Below, one piece after another: positions 41,301-50,253 of a stretch of 64,000 nt of DNA. The position numbers were made by a program, and so were the translations under genes. The first letter of the stretch is position 1. The number at the start of each line of letters is the position of its first letter. Origin of the DNA: Candidatus Melainabacteria bacterium 17Bon1m (lineage in GTDB: Bacteria; Cyanobacteriota; Vampirovibrionia; Obscuribacterales; Obscuribacteraceae); contig JAVLKG010000002.1 in the NCBI GenBank assembly GCA_032128875.1, forward strand, positions 384,001-448,000, in the 5' to 3' direction. The notes under the pieces were generated by a model, which did not search any database, was not told the origin of the DNA, and worked only from the letters and a program-made list of their open reading frames with translations.

Positions 41301-43664
41301 CGAAGCGCCCGGCAGAGGAGGAGCTGCACCAGGAACTGGTACTCCCCACGGATTGTTTGCTGGAGCTGGCGCAGGAGCTGCTTGCTCCTGTGCTCGATTT
41401 TGAATTGGTTGATCCCAGCGATTTGCATCGGCCGCCGGTTGCGCACCTCTGTCCTGAATGGGTGTATCCCAGCGGTTTTGTGCTCCACCGGGCGGCGGAG
41501 GTGGTGGCATCTGCGGTGCGGCTGCTCCCGGTGCCGGTGTTGCGCCCCAACCTTTGGGAGTTGCAGGAGCATTGGAAACAAGTGCGTCAGAACCCGGTGT
41601 GAATGCTCTCCACGTGCCGGTTTCAATTTGTTCTGCGTCTACAGACCAAGCATTGCCTGGCTTGGGAGCTGCCGCCGGAGCCTGAGCTGGTGCGGGTGCT
41701 GGTTGAGCCGGTTCTGGTTCGGGCGTTCTTGCTTGTTCTGCGCCCCAAGCGTTTCCGCCACCAGGCTGACCCCAGCCGCCTCCCGGCTGTCCGCCGGCAG
41801 GTGCACCCCAACTGTCGTTCGGTTTTTGAGCTATCTGACCCCAGCTGCTGCCGGAACTTCCTTGATTTCCCCAGGCGCCGGCCGCTGCTGGTGCAGCTTC
41901 GGCAGTAGGCGCTGCCGCTGCAGGCGCTGAAACTGCGGCATTGGCACCGGAATTTGGATCGTTTCCGGGCGGGTTGCCCCAGGCTTGTGGTTGCGCAGGT
42001 GGTGTTGCCCAACTATCCGGAACTGCGTTTTGACTTCCGCTTGGCGCGCCTTGTCCCCAGCCATTTGCGTTTCCGCCCCATGCTGAGTTTGCACTGCCGG
42101 CCTGTCCGCCTGCTTCAACTGCTGGTGCACCCCATGGATTACTGTCCGGTGCTTTTGCGGCAGGTGCAGCCTGAGACGGTGCGGGCGCAGCGGTTTCAGG
42201 AGTAGGAGGTGAACTCCATCCGCCCGGATTGCCACCACTCCAACTGTCTGCACCACTTGGGGGCGCACCCCATGCGCCGGGAGCAGCCGGTGCGGGTGCG
42301 GGCGCTGCGGCTTGTGGAGACTGTAACGGCTTATTCCAGGGCTGGTCGGGAGAGTCCATATTGGGCATTCCACCCGGCATTCCGAAATTCGGCGCCTGTG
42401 TCGGCGGTGCAAATTGATTGGAAGCAGCGGCCTCGTCGGGATCATCCCAGGCGCCACCTTGTGGCGGTGGTCCCCAATCGCCTTCCTGACCATTCGCCCC
42501 TTTAGGAGCCTCATTGCCCCAGTTCGGATCGCCCCATGCGCCCGCCCCTGTAACGCCTTGACCAGGCGCTTTCAGTCCGGGCATGGGTGGCTGTCCACCT
42601 GCAGGACCACCGGGGACTCCGCCACCAGGCGGTCCACCCCAATTAGAAGCTTCTTGTGTTGGGCTTGTTGGCTTGCCCCAATTACCGGCAAGGTTTGCTC
42701 CACCTTCGCCCATTGCATTTGGTGCCGGCATTGGTGGTGGCATTTGCGGCATTCCAGGCATAGGCATGGATTGCGACGAAGACATTGGCGCGCCCATTCC
42801 AGGAGGCGTCAAACTGGGATTTGATTGACCGGGCAAACCGGTCGGACCATTAAGCTGCTGGCGATTTGGCAAGCCTGGCGGCTTCATCCAATTAGGCTCT
42901 TCTTCCTGCTGGCGACCACTGCCTTCCGGACCGAGTTCGTCCTCGACGCTTATCGGTTCGTGCTCGCCGGTTGCTCTTTGCGATTCGGCGATCTTCCTTC
43001 TTATAGATTCTGCAAGTGTCAGCGGCTGATCATCTGTAAGTTGATTCGGTCCGGCCATGCCGAACTTTTCACCGAGCGATCTTGTAGTCGACTGAGCTTC
43101 ACGGCTGTCCATAATAGGCTCGGACATGCCTTTGGCGATTGCTTTGAGTCGAGTTGCCGTACCGGAGTGATCTTCAGGCGGCCGGCCTTTTGCTTGCGGC
43201 GGCGCCATTTGAGGAGGAATTGAATTGGAGTCTTCAAACTGAGTGATCGGCTGATTCATCGGCTGCGAGCGATGCGGATATCGGCTGCCGCCGGCAGGCT
43301 CCATGTCCATATCCATTCCTGGAGGCATGGTGTCTTTCTTGCCTCGACCACCCTTCTGCTCTTTTTCAGCTTTAGGCGCTTTTTCTTTGCCCTTGAACAT
43401 ATTGCCGAACATCGCGAAGGGTGAGGCTTTCTGTTCCGGCAAATCTTCCAGAATTGCGCGGGCGAGCATCTCTGGCTGAGGCGGCGTCAAGTCATCAGGT
43501 AACTGAACATCATCGGCAGCAAGGAGAACTTGTTGAATTTGGTGATGAAATTTAGCGCACGATTCGCACGTTTCCAAGTGAGCAGACAGCATACGCTCGT
43601 CCTGCGCCTGCAGATCCATGTCGAATCGTTGTTGAATTAAGTGTCGGAATCGACTGCAATTCAT
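38376..43664 (-). CDS. giant protein: N-terminal zf-HC2/ZAS anti-sigma domain, Pro/Gly/Ala/Gln-rich repeat region, C-terminal Roadblock/LC7 (MglB-like) domain
   Basis: MNC...HLETCESC at the N-terminus; VVGSIIIGHDGLLIA...GLLVTL at the C-terminus; no TM seen; 27 nt downstream of an ECF sigma gene. Confidence 0.82.
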   Translation of the reverse strand: MNCSRFRHLIQQRFDMDLQAQDERMLSAHLETCESCAKFHHQIQQVLLAADDVQLPDDLTPPQPEMLARAILEDLPEQKASPFAMFGNMFKGKEKAPKAEKEQKGGRGKKDTMPPGMDMDMEPAGGSRYPHRSQPMNQPITQFEDSNSIPPQMAPPQAKGRPPEDHSGTATRLKAIAKGMSEPIMDSREAQSTTRSLGEKFGMAGPNQLTDDQPLTLAESIRRKIAESQRATGEHEPISVEDELGPEGSGRQQEEEPNWMKPPGLPNRQQLNGPTGLPGQSNPSLTPPGMGAPMSSSQSMPMPGMPQMPPPMPAPNAMGEGGANLAGNWGKPTSPTQEASNWGGPPGGGVPGGPAGGQPPMPGLKAPGQGVTGAGAWGDPNWGNEAPKGANGQEGDWGPPPQGGAWDDPDEAAASNQFAPPTQAPNFGMPGGMPNMDSPDQPWNKPLQSPQAAAPAPAPAAPGAWGAPPSGADSWSGGNPGGWSSPPTPETAAPAPSQAAPAAKAPDSNPWGAPAVEAGGQAGSANSAWGGNANGWGQGAPSGSQNAVPDSWATPPAQPQAWGNPPGNDPNSGANAAVSAPAAAAPTAEAAPAAAGAWGNQGSSGSSWGQIAQKPNDSWGAPAGGQPGGGWGQPGGGNAWGAEQARTPEPEPAQPAPAPAQAPAAAPKPGNAWSVDAEQIETGTWRAFTPGSDALVSNAPATPKGWGATPAPGAAAPQMPPPPPPGGAQNRWDTPIQDRGAQPAADANRWDQPIQNRAQEQAAPAPAPANNPWGVPVPGAAPPLPGASAPGGFGAGAAPQAPAMPSAPAGVAGTGIPKDSIMDRLSNVLAEGQAAPGQNSEESRWDMPIQERMKQEAMAAAPAAPPMPSPMAAPAAKATGDNRWDTPIQDRSQQQAPELSPPPPRWDVPIQERTQQLTPTTAQPVGEPLSPQPAAPTPWGSPPPAPQAAPAPAPMAPPAPPNPFGSPADQGITASSWDLPVVEAQDQLHRQPQADAAPPQPFAQPFGVPPEPAMPQSGGSPSRLNINPPAFVPGQPVPQPAMPAPPQAPAAGIGGALFNVDDNEIEKIFSEHLGINESSPQAAVPKQEGPPQPAIMKSLPIAPPEPVANPWGQPFNPPPVPGQDSNPQPFAPAMPEPQAPAFAQQAPEPQPFAAPAPPPAPFGAPAQEAPMPFATPSAPAPFGAPPAPFGAPPPAPFGAPEAPQPFATPAPAPMPFAAQTPEPVQPFGAPPPAPFGQPEAAPQPFAPAASAPPAPFGAPAAPAPANPFAMPQPATGGAGQPKIVPVMSKNVATASGGPPATGWGQPSASGGFPAAIPPNGQAPVAAAPAPFAAAPAAPENKSNGLFNLDDTAMDDLFSKNLGVQEMAKPVGGTGEQQMPAQAQMQQQMQPQMQQDMQQQMQQQQQMQQPMQQQAPSAPFAQQPFGVPPQQAAPAPFGAPPQALDQFGQAAPPQPFGVPQQAAAPAPFGAPFGAPAQAPQPPQMPQAQQAPAPFGAPAPAPFGAPAPAPFGAPAQAPAPFGAPPPQAPQAQAGLFSVDDNMMNQIFSDNLGVQDQDTQVNAGQQRVNVAAAVQALSDVAVQDPMGAAVPPPKIEGLGRLDAKPDQGGDTGSGRIASIGKFLLDQKDLEKIGKLTASDLSDTKMKILTLEAASEIQGLLHHIGGTPDVVGSIIIGHDGLLIANTMPQDIEADSIGIWALAVYMNTETAIKKIGHNRVHQVVARTPRGFLVIADFGGGLLVTLSDGRDTDALIPLMRSITQVVST

Positions 43665-43691
43665 TATCAGTTACCGCGCTCTCTAAAAGAA

Positions 43692-44264
43692 CTATCCCCT
43701 GCCAAGGCATTTAACTATTTGCACTCGTGCTCTATAGAGCCACGCCTGAATGGTTTCTTTCGGCTGGTGCAAAACCGAACCCATTTGTTCATACGTAAGA
43801 TCGAGTTGGTGGCGCAGCATGAAAACCTTTTGCTGCTCCTCGGACAATGTGCTCAGGCAACGTCGTACCCTTTGCGTTCCGAGAATGACCGTCGTTTCCC
43901 AGTCCATATTGCCAGATCCATCGGAAGCCGGGTCTGTACGAGCACCAGGTGGCAACGGACCAGTGTATTGCGAGTGATACTCGGCGCAAGCGTCAACGAT
44001 AAAATTTGACACCCAGTACCAGAGAGGCATATTCACCTTCTTTGGGTCCGTGTGTTTCAGCGATGCAAAAGCATTGCGGAAAGCCATTATGGTTAGTTGA
44101 GTCGCTGTTTCTGGATTGCCTGTTGCCATGTAAGCGATGGCGTAAAAACGTTCTTGGTGATTCCAGACGAAATCGTTGCGCTGCTCTTTGTTGCCTTTCT
44201 TCAATTCGAAGAGGACTCCGGCAGCCGCTTGGTTGAAATTATTCCGAGAGGGAAGGATAGGCAT
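43692..44264 (-). CDS. divergent ECF-type sigma factor
   Basis: Region 4 LSEEQQKVFMLRHQLDLTYEQMG...TIQAWLYRAR; region 2 recognisable (FYAIAYMATGNPETA) but degenerate. Confidence 0.78.
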   Translation of the reverse strand: MPILPSRNNFNQAAAGVLFELKKGNKEQRNDFVWNHQERFYAIAYMATGNPETATQLTIMAFRNAFASLKHTDPKKVNMPLWYWVSNFIVDACAEYHSQYTGPLPPGARTDPASDGSGNMDWETTVILGTQRVRRCLSTLSEEQQKVFMLRHQLDLTYEQMGSVLHQPKETIQAWLYRARVQIVKCLGRG

Positions 44265-44623
44265 CTTTTTCTATGACAAGACCGCTGAAAATGCGAATAC
44301 TGAAACAATAGCCAACAAAATGTCTGTAGCGGGACGTCAGGAGGGTTTTTCTTGATCGCAACACGCGGCCGCGAATACTCCCAACCAGCAACTCTATGAC
44401 CCAAAAAAAGGGCGAGCTGCCGACCGCCAAGTAGCCACTTTTCCAGTTTACCTGATTCGGGCGGGACTCAGGAAGGATTTTGTGGGATAACTGGTGGGCT
44501 CAAAAACGCTTACGGACTGAAAAAACCTCCGTTGACAGGCGATAACGACTCATACCGCTAACATATGATGTACCACGTTACGCGCGTTAGTATCTTCATT
44601 CTGATAATTAGGAAGCTTGCTCG

Positions 44624-45499
44624 ATGCCATTACCGGAAACGCATACTATTGAAATCAAGGTTCGCAACGCCGCTGCCTATACTTTGAACAATGTTGTTGC
44701 GACAGCAAGAAGCTGTTCGCCACAGGATTTGAAGATTGCTGCAGCGAATGTGGACTTGGTTGACGAGTCCGGTAAAGTGCCGCCAGAAGTGACCGATTTC
44801 GTAAATTATGTTATGACAGATCTCTTCACACTTTTGCACCGAAGTGGGCTTTACAACAGGCAAAGAGCCTTCTGGGAATCAATTGCTCGCGCCGTCAAGA
44901 TTACTGTCCATCCGGTCACACAAGGCTTTTTCAAGAAAGAAGCCTTGCCAATGTACGATGTGCATTTTGAGGATGCCTCAGGTGGCACCACGCTCTTAGC
45001 ATTTGTCGTTCTGAATCACGCTCAGTGGAACGTGCCTAAGTACGCTACTGCGTATTTCAAAGAATTGATGCACAGGGCTCAGCAAGCAGACAAAAAGAGA
45101 CCGGTCATGAAATCCATTATGGTCGTCGCGCCCAAACCGTTTTCAGAAGAGCTTTATAAATACGTAGATAAAATTTTGGGCGGACCAAATCTCGATCCGG
45201 TCTCGAGATTCGAATCGGTTTTGCAATCGCCATTAACTGTCCACCTGAACTTGTTTGAGTATGGTGTGTCGGCAGGCGATGCTCAAACAAGAGATAACTC
45301 GCAGATGGAGCCTGCAGGGCAAGATTCTGATGAAGAGGAAAACTCTGTCAAATCGCCTTCATATGATCCTGCTGAAATTGACGACCCCAATGTAATTGGC
45401 GATGAAAGCCTTCTTCATCCGGAAGATATGAAAGTTCGGCCAGGCCGATTCATCTTCAAGATGATTCTGCCGGATGTTGAGAAGGCGCGTAAGAAATAA
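44624..45499 (+). CDS. hypothetical protein
   Basis: 291-aa ORF divergent from the ECF gene; acidic C-terminal segment. Confidence 0.7.
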   Translation: MPLPETHTIEIKVRNAAAYTLNNVVATARSCSPQDLKIAAANVDLVDESGKVPPEVTDFVNYVMTDLFTLLHRSGLYNRQRAFWESIARAVKITVHPVTQGFFKKEALPMYDVHFEDASGGTTLLAFVVLNHAQWNVPKYATAYFKELMHRAQQADKKRPVMKSIMVVAPKPFSEELYKYVDKILGGPNLDPVSRFESVLQSPLTVHLNLFEYGVSAGDAQTRDNSQMEPAGQDSDEEENSVKSPSYDPAEIDDPNVIGDESLLHPEDMKVRPGRFIFKMILPDVEKARKK

Positions 45500-45521
45500 A
45501 TCCTCTCTTTTTTCAAAGAGT

Positions 45522-47090
45522 TTATAGAGGAATATTTCCGTGTTTTCTCTTCGGTCTTTCAATGCGCTTGTTTTTCTGCACTTCCAAGGCGGCATGCAGA
45601 TATCGTCTCGTTTCTGACGGCATGATCACATCGTCTACATAGCCAAGCTCTGCAGCTACATAAGGATTGGCAAATCGTTCTCTGTACTCTGCAACGAGCT
45701 CTTTGTGTTTGGCAGGTGCATCGTTTTTGAGCTTGTCCAATTCTTTTCTGTACAAAAGATTGACCGCTCCATCAGCCCCCATAACTGCAATTTCCGCTGT
45801 GGGCCAGGCGAAATTGAAATCACCGCCTACGTTTTTCGAGCCCATTACGTCGAATGCACCGCCATATGCTTTGCGAGTGATTACGGTGAGTTTGGGAACA
45901 GTTGCTTCGCAGTACGCGTAAAGCAGCTTGGCTCCATGCCTGATAATGCCATGATGCTCTTGAGTGCGACCAGGCAAATAACCCGGCACATCGACAAAAG
46001 TAATTAATGGAATGTTGAATGCATCGAGGAAACGCACGAATCGAGCGCCTTTGATTGATGCATTGATGTCCAGCGTTCCTGCTAACTTCTTTGGCTGGTT
46101 GGCGACAATTCCTACTGTTTCACCATGCAGTCGGGCGAAGCCTGTGATTAAGTTAGTAGCGTAAAGTGGCGCTATTTCAAAGAAATCGCCATTATCGAAG
46201 ATGTTGGTGATTACGTCGTGCATGTCATATGGCTTGGCAGGATCATGTGGCACAACGCTGTCGAGAGAAATCATGTTTGCTGGTTCGGCATCCTGACCGG
46301 GTTCTACAAAGGGCGGCGGTTCAAGATTGTTGAGCGGCAAATAGGAGAGCAGTTTTCTCACCATCCAGAAAGATTCTTCTTCGTCCTCTGCCAGCAGTTG
46401 TGCAACACCGCTTTTCTCGTTGTGCACGCGTGCTCCACCCAGTTCGTCAAAGGTGACATCTTCACCAGTGACGGTGCGCACGATTTCAGGACCGGTGATA
46501 AACATATAGCTGGCTTTGTCTACCATGATAGTGAAGTCCGTGACGGCTGGGCTGTAAACCGCGCCGCCTGCGCAGGGTCCGTAAATCACAGAAATCTGTG
46601 GAATCACTCCTGAAGAATTGACGTTTCGATAAAAGATATCTGCGTAGCCCGCCAGTGAAGCTACACCCTCTTGAATGCGCGCTCCGCCGCTTTCGTTCAG
46701 ACCGATGACTGGGCAACCTGCTTGCTTGGCCAGGTCCATCACTTTACAGACTTTGCGGGCGAAGACTTCACCGAGCGCGCCACCAAGGAAGGTGGCATCA
46801 TGCGCGAAAATGTAGACTGGGCGCCCATCGATTTTTCCTTGCCCGGTGACAACGCCATCGCCCACGACCTTCTTTTCATCGAGCCCAAAGTGGTCGCAGT
46901 GGTGGACTGCATAGCGATCTAGTTCGATGAAGGAGCTTTCGTCAAGCAAGCTGGCGATGCGCTCTCTTGCATGCATGGTGCCTTTGTCGTGACGTTTTTT
47001 CAAAGTCGCTTCGCTGACGGCAACTGCTTCTGCGCGTTTTTCAATCAGGCGCTCGTTGGGCGTTTTTGCTGTTTTGCTCTTCGTTTCCAT
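45522..47090 (-). CDS. acyl-CoA carboxylase carboxyltransferase (PccB/MmdA-like)
   Basis: SGGARIQEG, GPCAGGAVYSPA, DVPGYLPG, RKAYGGA, KHGNIPL; start 47090 or 47141. Confidence 0.93.
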   Translation of the reverse strand: METKSKTAKTPNERLIEKRAEAVAVSEATLKKRHDKGTMHARERIASLLDESSFIELDRYAVHHCDHFGLDEKKVVGDGVVTGQGKIDGRPVYIFAHDATFLGGALGEVFARKVCKVMDLAKQAGCPVIGLNESGGARIQEGVASLAGYADIFYRNVNSSGVIPQISVIYGPCAGGAVYSPAVTDFTIMVDKASYMFITGPEIVRTVTGEDVTFDELGGARVHNEKSGVAQLLAEDEEESFWMVRKLLSYLPLNNLEPPPFVEPGQDAEPANMISLDSVVPHDPAKPYDMHDVITNIFDNGDFFEIAPLYATNLITGFARLHGETVGIVANQPKKLAGTLDINASIKGARFVRFLDAFNIPLITFVDVPGYLPGRTQEHHGIIRHGAKLLYAYCEATVPKLTVITRKAYGGAFDVMGSKNVGGDFNFAWPTAEIAVMGADGAVNLLYRKELDKLKNDAPAKHKELVAEYRERFANPYVAAELGYVDDVIMPSETRRYLHAALEVQKNKRIERPKRKHGNIPL

Positions 47091-47127
47091 TGTCTTTGCC
47101 GTCCGTTTTAGTGATTTTGAAATGTCG

Positions 47128-48519
47128 TCATTTAACCACACTCATAGTGGTGTAGAGAAGGAACTGATGAACGATAGTTAGATAGATGGTCATTGTGCAA
47201 ACGTCCAGAATGCTTGTGATGAAGGGACCGCTGGCGTGTGCCGGGTCGATGCCCAACTTTTGAAAGACCATGGGCATGAGTGTTCCAATCAATACTCCGC
47301 AGGTCATTGTGACAAACAGCGAGCATCCGACAACGAATCCGAGAGCCGGATTGACGCTGTGAAACATCAAGCTCATCAGTGTCGTAGCGATGCCGCAAAG
47401 TATGCCAAGTAGCATTCCGACGCGGGCTTCGTGGAAAACGTGTTTGATGATCACTCGCCAGGCGAGTTTTTCCATGCCGGTTCCGCGCAAAGTAATACAA
47501 GTGCTCTGTGTGGCAACCGAGCCTGTGACGCCAGAAAGCAGTGGCATAAAAGAAGCTGCCGCGACAGTTTCCTTGATCACGCTGTCAAAATGAGTAATTA
47601 CAGAAACCGAACCAGCCTCAATTCCAAGTGTAATCAAAAGCCACGGCAAGCGTGCACCGACGGCGCGACGAACGCTCAAACTCAGCTGTTCGCCCAGGTC
47701 TCCTGCTTCGCCTGTGATACCGGACGCTTGAAACAAGTCTTCTGTCGACTCTTCCCACAATACGTCGATGACATCATCGGCGGTGATAATCCCTCTGAGT
47801 TTGCCCGATTCATCGACGACGGGCAAAGTCAGTAAGTCGTATCGGCTTAGTTTTTCGGCTGCTTCTTCTTGGTCGGTGGTGGTCAAAACTTTGATGACAT
47901 TGTCGTCCATCAAGCTTTCGACCAGCGCCTCAGGAGGCGCCATCAGCAGTTCTTTCAAGGTTACGCAACCGGCAAGCTTTTCTTCTTCAGAAACGACATA
48001 GACGTCGTAAATGTCGTCTTCCAGCTCTGCGTATGTTTCTCTCAAGTATGAGATTGCCTGATCAGCAGTCAATTTCCCTTCTACCGCCAGATAGTCGGTA
48101 GACATGATCCCCCCTGCCGAATCTTCCTCGAAGCCCATCAGCTCTTGGATGTCTTCTTTGGCTTCTGTGTCCGTCATCTGGTTGATGATTTGTTGGACCT
48201 TTTCTTTGGGCAGTTCTGCCAGCAAGTCGGCCGCATCGTCAGGACTCATTCTGGTGATGATCGGAACGACGCCGATATCGCCAAGATCCTTAAGCAGATT
48301 TCCTTGGGTCTCAGGCTCCAGTTCTGCCAGCACAGCCGAGGCATTGTCCAGGTCCAAAAGGCGGAAGCACGAAAGTCTATGACTGTTGTCCAGATCGGTC
48401 AGCCATTCAGCAATGTCGGCTGGATGCTCCTCATTGAGAAGCATCCTAAGTTTTTGGCGCTGACCGTCATCGACCAGAGCGCTTAGTTCTTCCGGCGCCA
48501 GACGCGCTTTCTCGCTCAT
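47128..48519 (-). CDS. mgtE: magnesium transporter MgtE
   Basis: HPADIA N-domain, CBS pair, RLPWL, IDPA.ASGPFITSILD. Confidence 0.95.
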   Translation of the reverse strand: MSEKARLAPEELSALVDDGQRQKLRMLLNEEHPADIAEWLTDLDNSHRLSCFRLLDLDNASAVLAELEPETQGNLLKDLGDIGVVPIITRMSPDDAADLLAELPKEKVQQIINQMTDTEAKEDIQELMGFEEDSAGGIMSTDYLAVEGKLTADQAISYLRETYAELEDDIYDVYVVSEEEKLAGCVTLKELLMAPPEALVESLMDDNVIKVLTTTDQEEAAEKLSRYDLLTLPVVDESGKLRGIITADDVIDVLWEESTEDLFQASGITGEAGDLGEQLSLSVRRAVGARLPWLLITLGIEAGSVSVITHFDSVIKETVAAASFMPLLSGVTGSVATQSTCITLRGTGMEKLAWRVIIKHVFHEARVGMLLGILCGIATTLMSLMFHSVNPALGFVVGCSLFVTMTCGVLIGTLMPMVFQKLGIDPAHASGPFITSILDVCTMTIYLTIVHQFLLYTTMSVVK

Positions 48520-48708
48520 GCTCTTCCAGTTGAATCTTGGGTGAGACTTATCGAGTAGCAAAACTCGCGGATGCGATTGCATCCACCAATAACCCTATCA
48601 AGATGAGAGCTAAGGTTTAAGACAAGCCTTCTAAGCTGGGCGCAAGAATATTACCCGCCTTAGCAAAAAGCGGCTTTTGCAGTCATTTTCTCTCTGAGCT
48701 TTTGTTTA

Positions 48709-49677
48709 TCAATCTTCAAGATAGCCGGCCAACTTAGAAGACCAGGCAGGTTGCCGCAGTTTTCTAAATGCTTTGTGCTCAATCTGACGAACGCGCTCGC
48801 GGGTGATATTGAAAAGGCGGCCGACTTCTTCCAAAGTTCTTTGTCTGCCGTCTTCCAGACCGTAACGCAGATGCATGATGTCCCGCTCGCGCGGTGTCAA
48901 TTGGCTGAGCATGCGGTTCAAGTCCTGGCGCATCAATTCTTCTTCTGTTGTCATGTCCGGACGCGAAGTGATGTTGTCTTCGATCAAGTCGCCCAGATAG
49001 GTCTCTTCATCTCTATTGAGCGGCATTTCCATGGAGACTGGTTCTCTATCCGCCTGGATGATTTCCGTGATCTTATTTACGGACAATTCCATGGCACTGG
49101 ACAATTCCGACTCTGTGGGCTTGCGGCCCAGTTCTTGAGAAAGTCGGGCAGAGGTTTTCTTCAATTTGTTGATTGATTCGACCATGTGCACCGGCACTCT
49201 GATGGTTCTTGATTTATCAGCCAGACCGCGGCTGATTGCTTGCCTGATCCACCAGGTGGCATAAGTGCTGAATTTGAAACCTTTGGTGTGATCGAATTTC
49301 TCGGCAGCTCTGATGAGCCCGAGATTACCTTCCTGAATTAAGTCTTGGAACGGCAGACCACGATTTACATATTTTTTTGCGATGGAAATTACAAGACGCA
49401 AGTTGGCTTGAATGAGCTTCTTCTTGGCGTCCAAATCGCCGGCGGCAATGCGTCTGGCAAGCTCGATTTCCTCATCGGGCTTGATCATTTTTACGCGACC
49501 GATTTCACGAAGATAGAGTCTTACAGAGTCTTCAGTAAATCCATCAGGACCTGTCGGCTCCTTCTCTTCCGGCTCCTCTTCCTGTGCAGCAACGGCTGCC
49601 GGCCCTTGCTGAGCATCATCCTCTTCAAAGGCTTCTTGCCAATCGTCAGCTACTTCATCGCGAACTTTAGACGCCAA
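48709..49677 (-). CDS. RpoD/SigA-family (group 1/2) sigma factor, probably group 2
   Basis: [55 protein letters not shown]; no long region 1.1. Confidence 0.92.
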   Translation of the reverse strand: MASKVRDEVADDWQEAFEEDDAQQGPAAVAAQEEEPEEKEPTGPDGFTEDSVRLYLREIGRVKMIKPDEEIELARRIAAGDLDAKKKLIQANLRLVISIAKKYVNRGLPFQDLIQEGNLGLIRAAEKFDHTKGFKFSTYATWWIRQAISRGLADKSRTIRVPVHMVESINKLKKTSARLSQELGRKPTESELSSAMELSVNKITEIIQADREPVSMEMPLNRDEETYLGDLIEDNITSRPDMTTEEELMRQDLNRMLSQLTPRERDIMHLRYGLEDGRQRTLEEVGRLFNITRERVRQIEHKAFRKLRQPAWSSKLAGYLED

Positions 49678-50138
49678 TCTCGTGAACTCCTACTGGTAAA
49701 AACTTGCGAGTGAACTCGGCAAACGCCACACACTGGATATTTACCCAATCTACTTGTAAATCTCGCGGTCTGCCTACTTCTTTAGCAGTCAAGAGGTAGA
49801 TTAACTTTTGTAAATTTGGACGAAGTCGTTGTTAGATTCTGCATTCTGGCAGAGAAGCGTCACACAGTTAGCGGATTTGTCGCTGGTTCGCCTGATGGCC
49901 AGCCGCTTGCATAAGTTTGCCCTTATATACAAATGTTATACGGGCGGGCGAGGCTGCCCTAACCAGGCACTTTCAGTAGCTGCAAGTAGCTTGAAAACTT
50001 TTCTATGCAGATTCTAAAGGCAGAAATCTTTGGAAAGCATTGAGCCCTGCTCCCCGACCTATATAGTCGTGCTATATTCACTTTTCGCCCATTCTTATCA
50101 AAGTGGGCAGTTATGCCTGGAAAGGCCGGAGAAACAAC

Positions 50139-50252
50139 ATGACCAAGAAATACAACGCTCGCGAAAAGAAGCAACGCCGTTTGGCCAAAGAGCGCCGTAA
50201 AAAAGAACGCATTAAAGAAGTAATCGCCAAGGCTGCCGAAAGGAAGAGCTAG
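50139..50252 (+). CDS. 37-aa highly basic small protein
   Basis: MTKKYNAREKKQRRLAKERRKKERIKEVIAKAAERKS*; GGAG RBS; stop 1 nt before the trpS start; below the ORF-track cutoff. Confidence 0.6.
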   Translation: MTKKYNAREKKQRRLAKERRKKERIKEVIAKAAERKS

Positions 50253-50253
50253 A

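Noticed and set aside
38500-43300. Many overlapping short ORFs on both strands, and repeats that might suggest a CRISPR array
   Set aside because: Shadow frames of the GC-rich low-complexity giant gene; the repeats are in-frame peptide repeats without a repeat-spacer pattern
50139-50252. Trp attenuator leader peptide or T-box for trpS
   Set aside because: No Trp codons, no terminator between the ORF and trpS, no T-box consensus
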